From positions 782,588 through 846,587 of the forward strand of contig OZ241456.1 in NCBI GenBank assembly GCA_965200875.1: 64,000 nucleotides of DNA, in the 5' to 3' direction. Below the pieces are notes generated by a model. It did no database searches, was not told the origin of the DNA, and saw nothing but the letters and a program-made list of their open reading frames with translations. Below, in pieces: positions 49,331 to 59,864 of this stretch (the first letter of the stretch is position 1; every line of letters starts with the position of its first letter). Made by a program: the position numbers and the translations under genes. The DNA comes from Bdellovibrionales bacterium (GTDB lineage Bacteria > Bdellovibrionota > Bdellovibrionia > Bdellovibrionales > UBA1609).

Positions 49331-50380
49331 TTGGAAGGTATAGAAGATACTTATGAAGAGATAGAAGAGGCTAGACTATATGGCACAGAAGCAGATAATT
49401 GTGATAATTGTTGGGAAAGACGACTTACAAGATTCAAAGAGATTGTAGACCCTGCCCCTTCCGGTTGGGAAGTCCTGGGCAATGTGGTTGGCACAGTCGG
49501 TGCGGCCGCTATGGGTTATTATGGAGTTAAAGAAGCAAATAAATTAAGAGACCAACAAGGTTTTGCGGCTCAACCTGGCCTTGCTATGGGCCTTGCATAC
49601 CCTTTTATTATGAAGGGGCTTTATGGTGGTGGACTGTTTGGCAGTTCCTCATCTTTGGCCTGCTCCCCCACTATGCACGGCGGAGGTGGACTGTTTAGTA
49701 ACCCCTTTATGGCACAAATGCAAATGCAACAAATGCAACAAATGCAAATGTTTGGCGGTATGCCTAGCATGGGCGCGATGATGGGCATGGGTAACATGAT
49801 TGGTATGATGGGCATGGGTGCGATGATGGGCGGTGCGATGATGGGCATGGGCAACATGATAGGCATGGGTAACATGATGATGGGCATGGGTAACATGATT
49901 GGTATGATGGGCATGGGCGCGATGATGGGCGGTGCGATGATGGGCGGTATAATGAATATGGGAATGCCTGGCATGGGTAATATGATGGGCATGGGTAATA
50001 TGATGGGCATGGGTGGCATAATGAATATGGGAATGCCTGGCATGGGTAATATGATGGGCATGGGTAATATGATGGGCATGGGTAATATGATGGGCATGGG
50101 CCAACAATCTTATATGTCATATCAACAAGCTTTAATGTCCTGGAGAATGTCACAAATGAATAATTATATGCAAAAGCAACAAGCTGTAAGTAGCCTGCAA
50201 CAAGAAGTATGGCGTCTTCAAGCACAAATCCAGCAAACACTCTATGGTGGCACTGGCACTAACTATGACTTCAGCGGAGCTGGTGGTGGTGGTGATGATG
50301 ATGATGACGGAAGTGCCGTTGGTGCTGGTGGCAGAGAAGACGGACCAGTAAACCGTGGTAGAATAATCCGAGGAATATAA
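49331..50380 (+). CDS. Met/Gly-rich low-complexity protein with Q-rich coiled coil and poly-Asp tail
   Basis: 349-aa ORF with a TTG start and no clear SD. About 130 residues are MGNMMGMG-type repeats. All other frames across the repeat are artefactual ORFs. Confidence 0.45.
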   Translation: MEGIEDTYEEIEEARLYGTEADNCDNCWERRLTRFKEIVDPAPSGWEVLGNVVGTVGAAAMGYYGVKEANKLRDQQGFAAQPGLAMGLAYPFIMKGLYGGGLFGSSSSLACSPTMHGGGGLFSNPFMAQMQMQQMQQMQMFGGMPSMGAMMGMGNMIGMMGMGAMMGGAMMGMGNMIGMGNMMMGMGNMIGMMGMGAMMGGAMMGGIMNMGMPGMGNMMGMGNMMGMGGIMNMGMPGMGNMMGMGNMMGMGNMMGMGQQSYMSYQQALMSWRMSQMNNYMQKQQAVSSLQQEVWRLQAQIQQTLYGGTGTNYDFSGAGGGGDDDDDGSAVGAGGREDGPVNRGRIIRGI

Positions 50381-50440
50381 TCTATCCCATCCTGAATAAA
50401 TGTTTTTTCTTTCCTCGAAAGCGGATTTGAGCGAGATGGA

Positions 50441-50550
50441 CTTAGTCGATCAGGAATAAATTCGTTTAGTGGACAACAAGTACTCTTACCAATACTGCAC
50501 CGCTTAGGTGAAAACATACGTGTTTTTCACACACGCGTCTTTCAGCCACG
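50441..50550. repeat. partial copy (left about 110 bp) of the MITE-like element at 42322
   Basis: cttagtcgatcaggaataaattcgtttagtgg...ctcttaccaatactgcaccgc...cacacacgcgtctttcagccacg aligns at about 80 percent identity. Confidence 0.75.
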
Positions 50551-50577
50551 ACACATATAATATATAAACACCATTTT

Positions 50578-51744
50578 TCACGGGCCACTATTTTTATCAG
50601 CAGATTTCTTTAGAGGAGCAGAAGGGGAGGATGGAGGTGAAGTAGGAGGAGGTGGTGAAGCAGGAGGAGGTGGAGATGATGACACAGAAGAAGAAACATA
50701 CTCTCCTCGATTTTCTAGGTTATGTTGTTCTCCTATTGGCATAAAAAAAGGAGTGTAAGACTTTCCTTTCTTATCTATTGTACCTATCACTCTAGGTTCA
50801 AGAATAATAACTCCATCTTCTCTTACTTGATAAATAACACCTCTGTTTCTTCCAATTCTGTCATTCTTTTGTAATTGATAAATTCCTTCATCTGTTTTAA
50901 ACAAGGCTTTTGAAGCTCCTATTTTGGAATTCCATTTAATTCCCACTAATGTAATGTCAGTTAATGCGTACTTCCCTGTCGGATAATCTGGCAACACATT
51001 CTCTTCCATTACTCCTTCCACTACTTTTTGTTCTTCCACTTGATAAGGATTAAAAGGGTCTCTTCTATCAACGCTATCATATTGATAATCGCTTAAAAGC
51101 CTGTATATATTCGCGACTTTTTGATTGATATTCTGTAAATCCTTAGCTGTTTTTGAATCAATTGCTTGGTTCGATTGAGGTTGTTGCTCCATGTTTTCTT
51201 GCAACATTTCATCCGTGTTGGCAGATGGAATCTCTGGTGGAGGGGGAATAACATTGTTATCTGTACCGTCGCCTGAAATGGAAGCACCTTGACGCTGAAC
51301 AGAAGAAGGTACAGAAGGAGGTGTGGAGTCAGCTAAGCCAGTAGCAGGACGATCAGCCGGACGGGCAGAACCACCATCCCCCGCAGAAGGAGGTGTTGGC
51401 GCATTAGCAGGACCAACCGAAGCCGGTGGACGGGCAGAACCATCATCTCCCGCAGAAGGAGGTGTTGGCGCATTAGCAGGACCAGCTGGTGGACGGGCAG
51501 AACCATCCCCCGCAGAAGGAGGTGTGGAGTCAGCTAAGCCAGTAGCAGGACCAGCAGGACGAGGAGAACCACCATCCCCCGCAGAAGGAGGTGTGGAGTC
51601 AGCCAAGCCAGTGGCAGGTCCAGAAGGGTCTCCTTTTGCAGATACATTTGGAAAAAAAGAAAAAGTGGTAAAAAACCATATCACAAAAAATAAAGATCCA
51701 ATACCTACATTCAAATAAAGAAAAATCTCAAAAAGTCTTCTCAT
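50578..51744 (-). CDS. pilP: PilP-like pilus assembly protein with Pro-rich tandem-repeat N-terminal region
   Basis: It occupies the position after pilO. The C-terminal region DPFNPY...ITLVGIKWNSKIGASKALFKTDEGIYQLQKNDRIG..GVIYQVREDGVIILE fits the PilP pattern. Repeats lie at about 51297-51636. Confidence 0.55.
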   Translation of the reverse strand: MRRLFEIFLYLNVGIGSLFFVIWFFTTFSFFPNVSAKGDPSGPATGLADSTPPSAGDGGSPRPAGPATGLADSTPPSAGDGSARPPAGPANAPTPPSAGDDGSARPPASVGPANAPTPPSAGDGGSARPADRPATGLADSTPPSVPSSVQRQGASISGDGTDNNVIPPPPEIPSANTDEMLQENMEQQPQSNQAIDSKTAKDLQNINQKVANIYRLLSDYQYDSVDRRDPFNPYQVEEQKVVEGVMEENVLPDYPTGKYALTDITLVGIKWNSKIGASKALFKTDEGIYQLQKNDRIGRNRGVIYQVREDGVIILEPRVIGTIDKKGKSYTPFFMPIGEQHNLENRGEYVSSSVSSSPPPPASPPPPTSPPSSPSAPLKKSADKNSGP

Positions 51745-52355
51745 TTTCCCGCTTCCTGATTGTTGTCTTCTATAATAGCAGAAGTATAACGATAACCATA
51801 AATATCCATTTGCATTTTTATTTCATTTAAACCGGCAGTATATGATGCTTTTTGCCCACCCATAGTCTCCATTGTGAATCTCTCTACAGTAATTATTTCA
51901 CTTAGACTTGTCAACTTGGACATAAATATAAGCACTTGCGTAAATAAACCTGTCACTGTTACACTTACTTTTAATTTTTCATAAAATTCCTTTTTTTCAG
52001 TATTACTATGAGTCACAATATCGGGTAAATCCACTCCTGCCACTTTGGCTTGTTGATTTAAATGATTCAATATCATTGTTGATGTCATTTCATTTGGAAT
52101 AAATTGAAGGAATTTATTAATTTCACCGCCCATGAGACTCATGGCTTTATCTAATTCATTAAGACTTTTCAGCTCTGCTTTCAAGTCTTCGATCTCTTTT
52201 TTAACAACATTTTGTTGTTTGTCCAATTCACTAATTTCATTTTTAATGGACCCTCCATCATCAAATTTGGTAATATAATATAAGCCTGCTAATCCAGTAC
52301 TTAAGATAATTATCATTCCTACACTTAACTGAGAAAACACTTTCAACCACAACAT
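51741..52355 (-). CDS. pilO: type IV pilus assembly protein PilO
   Basis: 204 aa with an N-terminal TM segment plus coiled coil. It follows pilN and has a 4-nt overlap with pilP. Confidence 0.7.
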   Translation of the reverse strand: MLWLKVFSQLSVGMIIILSTGLAGLYYITKFDDGGSIKNEISELDKQQNVVKKEIEDLKAELKSLNELDKAMSLMGGEINKFLQFIPNEMTSTMILNHLNQQAKVAGVDLPDIVTHSNTEKKEFYEKLKVSVTVTGLFTQVLIFMSKLTSLSEIITVERFTMETMGGQKASYTAGLNEIKMQMDIYGYRYTSAIIEDNNQEAGK

Positions 52356-52369
52356 ATTTTATTTACTCC

Positions 52370-53014
52370 CTATTTTTGTTTATGTTTTAACACACTTAAT
52401 ATAGTGAAATATCTCCTTTTGTTGGATTTACTGCTTGCATCCTCCCCCGCTTTTTCCAAATTAACTTGTGAAAATAAGTTTGTTTTTTCCAATTCCTTCA
52501 TAAAATTCTGAATTTGTGTGGTATTAATACTTAGTCCTGTGAGCGTGAAACGATTATTTTCAAACCTTACTCTTCGTAACCATACTTCCTCAGGAATTGC
52601 ATTTTGTATATGATCCAAACCTGTTAAAGCGGATAATCGATTATCCACAATAGTTTGCATAACCTCCAATTTGTTATCAAATTCTTCTGATTTTTTGAGC
52701 ATATGTCCGAAACCATCCACTTCTTTCTTCACATTGTCTTTTTGACTTTTTAGTTTACTCAACTCTGTATTTGCCATTGTTCTTTGCATGGCAAGTTTTG
52801 CCATATTGTTTTTTTCATAACGGATTAAAATCAAGGTACCTACTCCACAAAGTGCCAATCTGATAAAAAAACCAATAATCTTTTTTGAGTCAATCTCTAT
52901 ATTTTCTAAAAAACCCGGTATGCTGGATTTTTTATCATCGTATAGAAAAATATCATCTTGGTCCATTTCATCGACAACAGTCGAAGCTTTGGTTTTTCTC
53001 AGATCAAATTTCAT
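52370..53014 (-). CDS. pilN: type IV pilus assembly protein PilN
   Basis: 214 aa with a TM segment plus coiled coil and the C-terminal VWLRRVRFENNRFTLTGLS pattern. It abuts the pilM stop. Confidence 0.7.
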   Translation of the reverse strand: MKFDLRKTKASTVVDEMDQDDIFLYDDKKSSIPGFLENIEIDSKKIIGFFIRLALCGVGTLILIRYEKNNMAKLAMQRTMANTELSKLKSQKDNVKKEVDGFGHMLKKSEEFDNKLEVMQTIVDNRLSALTGLDHIQNAIPEEVWLRRVRFENNRFTLTGLSINTTQIQNFMKELEKTNLFSQVNLEKAGEDASSKSNKRRYFTILSVLKHKQK

Positions 53015-54097
53015 CTAACTTAACCCTCTTAAACAAGTTCCTACACAAGCTGGCGTGAAATATTTGATATCATTCACAGCAGTCTCCAGGGATTCATTGA
53101 TCTGTATCCCATCAAAGGGATTCAGCAGGTGCACGGGCAGATTAAATTTCTTCTCTATAGTTGTTATAAGGTTGGCTATCTTTCCTCCTCCACCTGTTAC
53201 ATAAATTCGTGAAAATTCTTCTTCAGGAAACTGATTTTTAAAGTATTCACATCCCACAAAAATTTCATCACAAAAATAATGCACACTGGTCTCTATTAAA
53301 TGACTTACCTCAGGAGGTGCTTCATCTCCGGCACACCAACTTATTTTTAAAGATTCTGCTTCCTGATATTCTATCCCCATTTCTTTCATCAAATATACAG
53401 TATAAAAATCACTGCCAACCAGTATATAGCGGGAAAAGATTAAATCGCCACGTCTCAACACAGTAAACATTGTTCCTGATTTTCCTATATCCAAAATCAA
53501 GGTATTTTCATCTTTTTTACTGATTTCCGGTTCTATAAATTTGATACAATTAGACAGTGCGAAGGCACACATATCAATGACCTTACATTTGTACCCCATG
53601 TTTTCAATCATTTGATTGATTTTTTCAACGCTTTCTTCTTTTACAGCTATCAGTAAAATATTCACTTTATTCTTATTAGTTGTCATGTAATTGGAGATTG
53701 GCATATAATTATAATTTATTTCATTTATATCGAACGGAAAATTTTGTTTGATCTCTTCATGTACGAAGGTATCCATGAGCTTTTCTTCTGATTGCAGTAT
53801 TTCCATTTTTTTAACAATAATGGATCGACCACTCATTGAAACATATATATCGGAAATTACTCCTTTTGTATGTTGAGAAATAAATTCAGGGAGAATATCC
53901 TTAAGAGGTTCTGCATTGATTAAATCGCCTTGTTCCATACAGTTATCTGGAATGGACAAAGTGGCAAAATTTTCCAAAACCGGAATGGATTTTTTTTTTA
54001 TGGAAAAGTCAGCTAGTTTTGCTGTATGGCTACCTACATCCAATGTAACTATCCTTTTTGGTTTTGGTCTCAACTTATTGAGTAATAAGTGTTTCAC
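53015..54097 (-). CDS. pilM: type IV pilus assembly ATPase-like protein PilM
   Basis: 360 aa with an actin-like fold signature (LDVGSHTAKLADF, LILDIGKSGT, YVTGGGGKI). Confidence 0.85.
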   Translation of the reverse strand: MKHLLLNKLRPKPKRIVTLDVGSHTAKLADFSIKKKSIPVLENFATLSIPDNCMEQGDLINAEPLKDILPEFISQHTKGVISDIYVSMSGRSIIVKKMEILQSEEKLMDTFVHEEIKQNFPFDINEINYNYMPISNYMTTNKNKVNILLIAVKEESVEKINQMIENMGYKCKVIDMCAFALSNCIKFIEPEISKKDENTLILDIGKSGTMFTVLRRGDLIFSRYILVGSDFYTVYLMKEMGIEYQEAESLKISWCAGDEAPPEVSHLIETSVHYFCDEIFVGCEYFKNQFPEEEFSRIYVTGGGGKIANLITTIEKKFNLPVHLLNPFDGIQINESLETAVNDIKYFTPACVGTCLRGLS

Positions 54098-54182
54098 TGT
54101 TTCCTTCCCTGAAGTGTATATTAAATTAAAACCAAAGTCTTAAGAAAAGTCAACTGCACTGTGTTTTCATGGGAGAATTTAC

Positions 54183-55004
54183 TTAGCGCATAAAAAAAAC
54201 AGACAAATACATACGAGACAGCTCTTCCCCCCAAAAAATATACGCAATCGCTGAAAAGGCTAAATAAGGCCCAAAAGGTATTGTTTGTCTGAGATAATTC
54301 TTAGATTGAAACATTATAACAATACCGGCAAATAAACCCATAAAGCAGGAAAGCAAAATAACGAATGGTATGGCTTTCCAGGTCAAAACAGCTCCAATCC
54401 AGGCTAATAACTTAATGTCCCCCCCTCCTAATCCTTCTTCTTTACGAAGGGCGTAATAAAAAATTGCTATAAACCACAAAAAACCACCTCCCATCAACAT
54501 TCCGCTCAAAGCTGGCCAAAATTCACGCCCAGCTTCCGGGTTCAGAAGTGCTCCTGTTAAACCCAGAAAAATACCTGATAAGGTGAGGGAGTCCGGCAAA
54601 ATCATCTGTTCCAAATCCACGGCACTGGCAACCACGAGGGCAAAGGTAAAAAGCAGGTATTCCAACAAAACATATTTCCATCCCACAAAATATAATAGCA
54701 AAACAAACAAAACTGCCATTAATAGTTCGATGGCAAAAGGACGAAAAGGCGGTTTTTCCCGTTTAATTTTCTTGGCGACCCAAGAACAAGGCAACCATCC
54801 CCAGTCATTTTGACACTTTAGGCAAAAAGAAAAAAAACCTCCTTTTGTGTCTCCTTTTTCAATATTGGAGAAAATTTCTGTTAAAATCGCCCCCACACGA
54901 CCAAAAACAATCCCTAAAACAATAAATAAATAAAAATTCCAATGAAAGGAAAAGGAGAACCAATCAGGCAATTCGCTTCCTTTCAAATAAAATGCTTGTA
55001 ACAA
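54183..55004 (-). CDS. pilD: prepilin peptidase (A24 family)
   Basis: Polytopic membrane protein with the catalytic-Asp context GGGDIKLLAWIG and LPDSLTL. The start is uncertain because it overlaps the upstream gene by 41 nt. Confidence 0.8.
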   Translation of the reverse strand: MLQAFYLKGSELPDWFSFSFHWNFYLFIVLGIVFGRVGAILTEIFSNIEKGDTKGGFFSFCLKCQNDWGWLPCSWVAKKIKREKPPFRPFAIELLMAVLFVLLLYFVGWKYVLLEYLLFTFALVVASAVDLEQMILPDSLTLSGIFLGLTGALLNPEAGREFWPALSGMLMGGGFLWFIAIFYYALRKEEGLGGGDIKLLAWIGAVLTWKAIPFVILLSCFMGLFAGIVIMFQSKNYLRQTIPFGPYLAFSAIAYIFWGEELSRMYLSVFFMR

Positions 55005-55740
55005 GCAAGAGGAAAACCACCCAAGAAACAGCGTACAAAGAGGAAAAAAGTAGCTCTCCTTTTACCAAAGGATCGTGGTATAAGGCATGAGCGCGCCAAT
55101 TAAGTTTTTCAAAATTTGGCAAAGCTCGGGTTACAACATCAACAGTAACTTTAAATATTTGATTTTCATTGGTTTTACTAAGAAGAAACATAATGCCATT
55201 TGCCGAGTGACCAATGATAAAAACCAAAACAGAATATATCAACACAGAAAAAGAAGAAGAAAAGTTGCTAAAGAAAAAAGCCACTGTCAAAAGGATTAAA
55301 GCTTCTAAAAATATTCCCCATAAGGCGATGAACAATAGAGAACTCACAGAATGGCTGTAAATCCAATGTACAGTTAACACAAATAAAGTTAAAAAAACCA
55401 AAACCAAAAGCAAAATAATAGACAAACCAAAAAACTTGCCAATAATAAACTGTAATCTGGAAATAGGTTTTACAAACAAAGTGATGGCTGTTCTCTTTTC
55501 GATTTCATGAGAAATTAAACCGCTTGCAAAATAAACAGAGATGAGAATAAGACCAATATGACAGGAAGTAAAGGCAAAGTTAATACTCAGACGAACCTGC
55601 TCATTCAAGCTTAAAGGACCTAAAACAAACCCTGTTGCTATAATAAATATTACCATGCTGGCTAGAGCATATAAAATTTTATGTCTCTGGATTTCCTTTA
55701 CTGTGTTTAACGCAATAAAGAGGATATTTTTCATTTTCAA
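54964..55740 (-). CDS. ABC-2 type transporter permease
   Basis: 258 aa with six predicted TM segments. It is coupled to the upstream ATPase by a 4-nt overlap. Confidence 0.7.
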   Translation of the reverse strand: MKMKNILFIALNTVKEIQRHKILYALASMVIFIIATGFVLGPLSLNEQVRLSINFAFTSCHIGLILISVYFASGLISHEIEKRTAITLFVKPISRLQFIIGKFFGLSIILLLVLVFLTLFVLTVHWIYSHSVSSLLFIALWGIFLEALILLTVAFFFSNFSSSFSVLIYSVLVFIIGHSANGIMFLLSKTNENQIFKVTVDVVTRALPNFEKLNWRAHALYHDPLVKGELLFSSLYAVSWVVFLLLVTSILFERKRIA

Positions 55741-56645
55741 AGTCCTTTTTCGATGATTTCAGAGAAAGCCTGTTCCAAACTTTTTTTATCCAACTTAACA
55801 TCCAAAATATTACAGGAATTTTTTCTCAATCGGTCAATCTCCTGTTGGCAATCCATGAGGCTTTCCACAAAAACAGTGTGCTTCTGTTCTTTTTTCGTGT
55901 AAATAATTTGTCGCCGGCCTTTGATGCGATCCAATAAATCCTGTACAGAACCGGAATAAGCCACCTTGCCCTTTTTTAAAACCACTAAATTCTGACAGAG
56001 CTTTTCCACATCATGTAAAAGGTGTGAGCTAAAAAAAATTGTTGTACCTTGTTTGGCCATGTCCTGTATCAAGTCTCCAACATACAAGCGACTGTCTGGA
56101 TCTAAACCAGCCATAGGTTCATCCAAAATGACAAACTCAGGGCTATGAATAAGTGCCTGCGCAATTCCCACTTTTTGCAACATACCTTTGGAGTAAGTCC
56201 TTATTTTTCGATCCTTTGCGTCATATATATCCAGCTTTTTTAATAAACTTCTGGCTTTGTCTTTCAAATCAGTGAGCTTCATGGAAGTGGAAAGCCGTCC
56301 GTAAAAAATTAAAAGCTCCTCACCGGTTAAATAATCATGGAAATAAGGCTGTTCCGGGAGAAAACCAACCCTTTTCAATACAGATTTGGATAAAGGTTTG
56401 TTATCAAAAAAAAACACTTCACCGGAATCAAAAGGAATCAACCCCAAAATACATTTTAAAGTTGTTGTTTTTCCTGAACCATTTCTGCCTAAAAATCCAG
56501 TAGTCACTGCCTTGAAAATGGAAAAATCAATTTGCTCCAATACTTTTTTCTCAGTGGATTTAATTCCTTTTTCAAGCTCTTTCTCAAGGGAAAAAAGTCC
56601 TTCCTTAAAACTTTTTTTCAGATTTTTGACTTGCAAAACAGACAT
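55737..56645 (-). CDS. ABC transporter ATP-binding protein
   Basis: Walker A is GRNGSGKTT, the signature is YSKGMLQK and Walker B is ILDEPMAGLD. Confidence 0.9.
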   Translation of the reverse strand: MSVLQVKNLKKSFKEGLFSLEKELEKGIKSTEKKVLEQIDFSIFKAVTTGFLGRNGSGKTTTLKCILGLIPFDSGEVFFFDNKPLSKSVLKRVGFLPEQPYFHDYLTGEELLIFYGRLSTSMKLTDLKDKARSLLKKLDIYDAKDRKIRTYSKGMLQKVGIAQALIHSPEFVILDEPMAGLDPDSRLYVGDLIQDMAKQGTTIFFSSHLLHDVEKLCQNLVVLKKGKVAYSGSVQDLLDRIKGRRQIIYTKKEQKHTVFVESLMDCQQEIDRLRKNSCNILDVKLDKKSLEQAFSEIIEKGL

Positions 56646-56661
56646 ACATCCTCCAGAAACT

Positions 56662-59600
56662 TCAGTTTGTCATGAAGGGCAGAGGCTGAACAGAAAAGCT
56701 TTTTTTTTGTGTTTCACGCAACGCAAAAACCACCGCTTTAGCTGCCTCACTTTCCGTAATACACGGGACGCCATATTCCAGACAGCTTCGGCGAATACTA
56801 AAGCTGATTTCTATGGATCGCCTCCCGGAAGTGGTATTAATCACAAAAGCCACCTGACCGGAGCGAATACGATCCACACAGTGTGGCCGACCTTCACGCA
56901 CTTTTTTCACTTTTAAACAGTCTACTTTATGAGATTTAAGAAATTCCCAAGTTCCTCCTGTTGCAGATAAAGTATAACCCATTTCCCGTAACTTCAAGGC
57001 TGTTGGCAATAGCTCTTCTTTATCTTTATCTCTTAAAGAGAGAAAAACCTCACCGCTTTTTGGCAAATTTAGCTGAGAGGAGTAAAGAGCTTTTAAAATA
57101 GCTGAAGAATAGTTGGCACCACGCCCCATTACTTCACCAATGGATTTCATCTCTGGCCCTAAAATGGAGTCCACATCTTCAAATTTTTTAAACGGAAAAA
57201 CCACTCCTTTTACTGATACCATTTTTTGCGCTCTCCAGTTATATTTATCTGTCTGAATTTTTGCCTTTGGCCAACCCAACATGGCTAAAATTGCCAAATC
57301 CACAAGAGGAATACCAGTGGCTTTGGATAAAAATGGCACACTGCGGGAGCTTCTGGGGTTGGCTTCCAAAATATAAATTTCGTCATTTTTGATCGCCAGC
57401 TGAAGATTCAAAAACCCGGAAATTTTTAAATGACGAGCCATTTCAACAGAAAGTTGTTCCAGTTTTTCACAAACTTCCTGTTTTAACCTCTGTGGTGGAA
57501 CAACTCCCATACTGTCACCACTATGCACTCCCGCGTTTTCAATATGTTCAACAATTCCCCCTATTATTGCCCAATCAGGACCACAAACCAGATCCACATC
57601 CACTTCCAAAGAGTTTTCCAAAAACTGATCTATCAGGCAAGGTTTTTCAGAAGATATAAAAGGCTGATACCGATGAAAATATTTTATGAGTTCATCCTGA
57701 TTTTCAATAATTTCCATTCGACGCCCTCCCAACACATAACTTGGGCGACATATCACGGGGTATCCAATGGCTTTCACGACTTTGAAGGCATCCTCCACCC
57801 GCGTCACTGTTCCGGCTTTTGGAGTTCTAAATCCCATGCTGGAGCAAAGAGAGGAAAAACGAAGCCGGTCTTCAGCAAGGTCAATACTTTTTATGGGAGA
57901 ACCGATAAGGGAAAACCCTCCCTCCACTAAAGTACCTGCTAAGCTGATTGGAGTCTGCCCTCCCATTTGAGCACAAAATCCGGTGGGTTGAACGAACTGC
58001 AACACCTCCATTGTGTGTTCTGTTGTTAAAGGCTCAAAAAACAGCTGATCAGAAGTGTCATAATCTGTGGAAACTGTCTCAGGGTTGGAGTTTATCATCA
58101 CTGTTTTATACCCCAGCTCCTTCAATTTTTTGACACTGCGAACACAGGAATAGTCAAACTCAATCCCCTGACCTATACGGTTTGGTCCACTTCCTAAAAT
58201 CACCACTTTTTTCTTAATGGGTTTGAGCTTTTTTCGGGTTCGTCCCGCTCCCCAATAAGTGGAATAATAATAAGGGGTTTCAGAAGCAAATTCCCCTGCG
58301 CAGGTATCCACTTGATAAAAAGAGGGAACAATGTTGTGCTTCCATCGGAATTTTCTAATCTCCTTTTCTTTTTTATTAAACCAATGAGCCAATAAAAAAT
58401 CAGGAATCCCCATGCGTTTGGATAAAAATACTGTTTCCGGCAGGAGTTTTTTTATTGTCTTTTTAACCTTTTTTTCAAACTTGATAAGGCGATAAAATTG
58501 ATCCAAAAACCAGGGATCAATCTGAGTCCATTCATAAATTTTGTTAATTGTTTTTCCTCGCCTTAAAGCTTCCAATAAAGCATATATTCTTTGGCTGTTA
58601 GGATAAGCCATCTGCTTTTCGGAAAAACTCATTCCTTTCAGAAGTTCTTGATTCTTCTCCAAAGACATTACAGCTTTCATAAAAGCTTCCAAGAAAGTTC
58701 TGCCAATGCCCATAACTTCTCCCACGCTTTTCATCTGGGTATTTAAAACATCTTTTGATCCTTCAAACTTTTCAAAATCAAAGCGCGGTATTTTTACGAC
58801 CACATAATCCAAAGCTGGTTCATAACATGAAGGAGTGTTTCCTGTAATATCGTTTTTAATTTCGTCCATAGTTAAACCCACTGCCACAAGGGAGGCAATT
58901 TTGGCAATCGGAAATCCTGTGGCCTTGCTGGCCAGAGCAGATGAGCGACTGACTCTGGGGTTCATTTCTATGACCAGTCTTTCACGGGTTTCTGGGTGGA
59001 CAGCAAACTGAATATTGGCTCCGCCTGTTTCCACTCCTACAGCGGAAATAATTTTTTGCGCCTCATCTCGCATGGCCTGATATTCTCTGTCAGAAAGAGT
59101 CTGCTGGGGAGAAACAGAACAGCTGTCCCCTGTGTGTACACCACAAGGATCTATGTTTTCGACAGAGCATACAACAACAAAAGTGCCGGATTTATCCCGC
59201 ATTACTTCCAATTCAAACTCTTTCCACCCCAAAAGGCTTTTTTCCACCAGTACCTCTGAAGAAGGGCTTTCTTTTAACGCGGAGATCAGTTTTCTTTCAT
59301 ATTCTTCCAGAGAGTTAGCCACACCACTTCCTGCACCACCCAAAGTGTAATTGGGCCTTAGGACGAGAGGGAAAGAAAGCTCCTCTGCCACTTTTACGCC
59401 CTGTTTAAAGTTTTTTACCAAAGTGCTTTCTGGGTAACGAGCCCCCACTTTTTTTAGTAATTGCCTAAATCCCTCTCTGTTTTCCGCTCTGCGGATCACT
59501 ACGGGATCAGCTCCTAAAAGCTGAATATTCATTTTTTTTAACATTTTTCTCTTGTCCAGCTCCAAAGCCAAATTGAGGGCTGTCTGACCACCTAGCGTGG

Positions 59601-59862
59601 GTATAATGGCCGATGGTTTTTCCTGCTTTAAAATATGTTCCACAAATTCCACTTTTAAAGGTTCAATATAAACGCGGGTGGCAATTTCTGGGTCTGTCAT
59701 AATAGTGGCTGGATTGGAGTTAATCAGTATAACTTCAAGTCCTTTTTCCATTAAAGCTTTACAGGCTTGAGTGCCTGAGTAGTCAAACTCACAGGCTTGG
59801 CCAATAACAATAGGTCCACTTCCTAAAATCACCACTTTTTTGATGTCTTTTTTAATAGGCAT
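56662..59862 (-). CDS. carB: carbamoyl-phosphate synthase large subunit
   Basis: 1066 aa with duplicated ATP-grasp halves. The N-terminus is [23 protein letters not shown] and the second half begins [18 protein letters not shown]. Confidence 0.95.
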   Translation of the reverse strand: MPIKKDIKKVVILGSGPIVIGQACEFDYSGTQACKALMEKGLEVILINSNPATIMTDPEIATRVYIEPLKVEFVEHILKQEKPSAIIPTLGGQTALNLALELDKRKMLKKMNIQLLGADPVVIRRAENREGFRQLLKKVGARYPESTLVKNFKQGVKVAEELSFPLVLRPNYTLGGAGSGVANSLEEYERKLISALKESPSSEVLVEKSLLGWKEFELEVMRDKSGTFVVVCSVENIDPCGVHTGDSCSVSPQQTLSDREYQAMRDEAQKIISAVGVETGGANIQFAVHPETRERLVIEMNPRVSRSSALASKATGFPIAKIASLVAVGLTMDEIKNDITGNTPSCYEPALDYVVVKIPRFDFEKFEGSKDVLNTQMKSVGEVMGIGRTFLEAFMKAVMSLEKNQELLKGMSFSEKQMAYPNSQRIYALLEALRRGKTINKIYEWTQIDPWFLDQFYRLIKFEKKVKKTIKKLLPETVFLSKRMGIPDFLLAHWFNKKEKEIRKFRWKHNIVPSFYQVDTCAGEFASETPYYYSTYWGAGRTRKKLKPIKKKVVILGSGPNRIGQGIEFDYSCVRSVKKLKELGYKTVMINSNPETVSTDYDTSDQLFFEPLTTEHTMEVLQFVQPTGFCAQMGGQTPISLAGTLVEGGFSLIGSPIKSIDLAEDRLRFSSLCSSMGFRTPKAGTVTRVEDAFKVVKAIGYPVICRPSYVLGGRRMEIIENQDELIKYFHRYQPFISSEKPCLIDQFLENSLEVDVDLVCGPDWAIIGGIVEHIENAGVHSGDSMGVVPPQRLKQEVCEKLEQLSVEMARHLKISGFLNLQLAIKNDEIYILEANPRSSRSVPFLSKATGIPLVDLAILAMLGWPKAKIQTDKYNWRAQKMVSVKGVVFPFKKFEDVDSILGPEMKSIGEVMGRGANYSSAILKALYSSQLNLPKSGEVFLSLRDKDKEELLPTALKLREMGYTLSATGGTWEFLKSHKVDCLKVKKVREGRPHCVDRIRSGQVAFVINTTSGRRSIEISFSIRRSCLEYGVPCITESEAAKAVVFALRETQKKSFSVQPLPFMTN

Positions 59863-59864
59863 AA

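Noticed and set aside
19959-50577. Island as a prophage or integrative element at the rRNA/tRNA locus
   Set aside because: No integrase, recombinase, transposase or phage structural gene is visible. The boundaries are inferred only from gene content and short repeats, so a mobile-element call is not justified.
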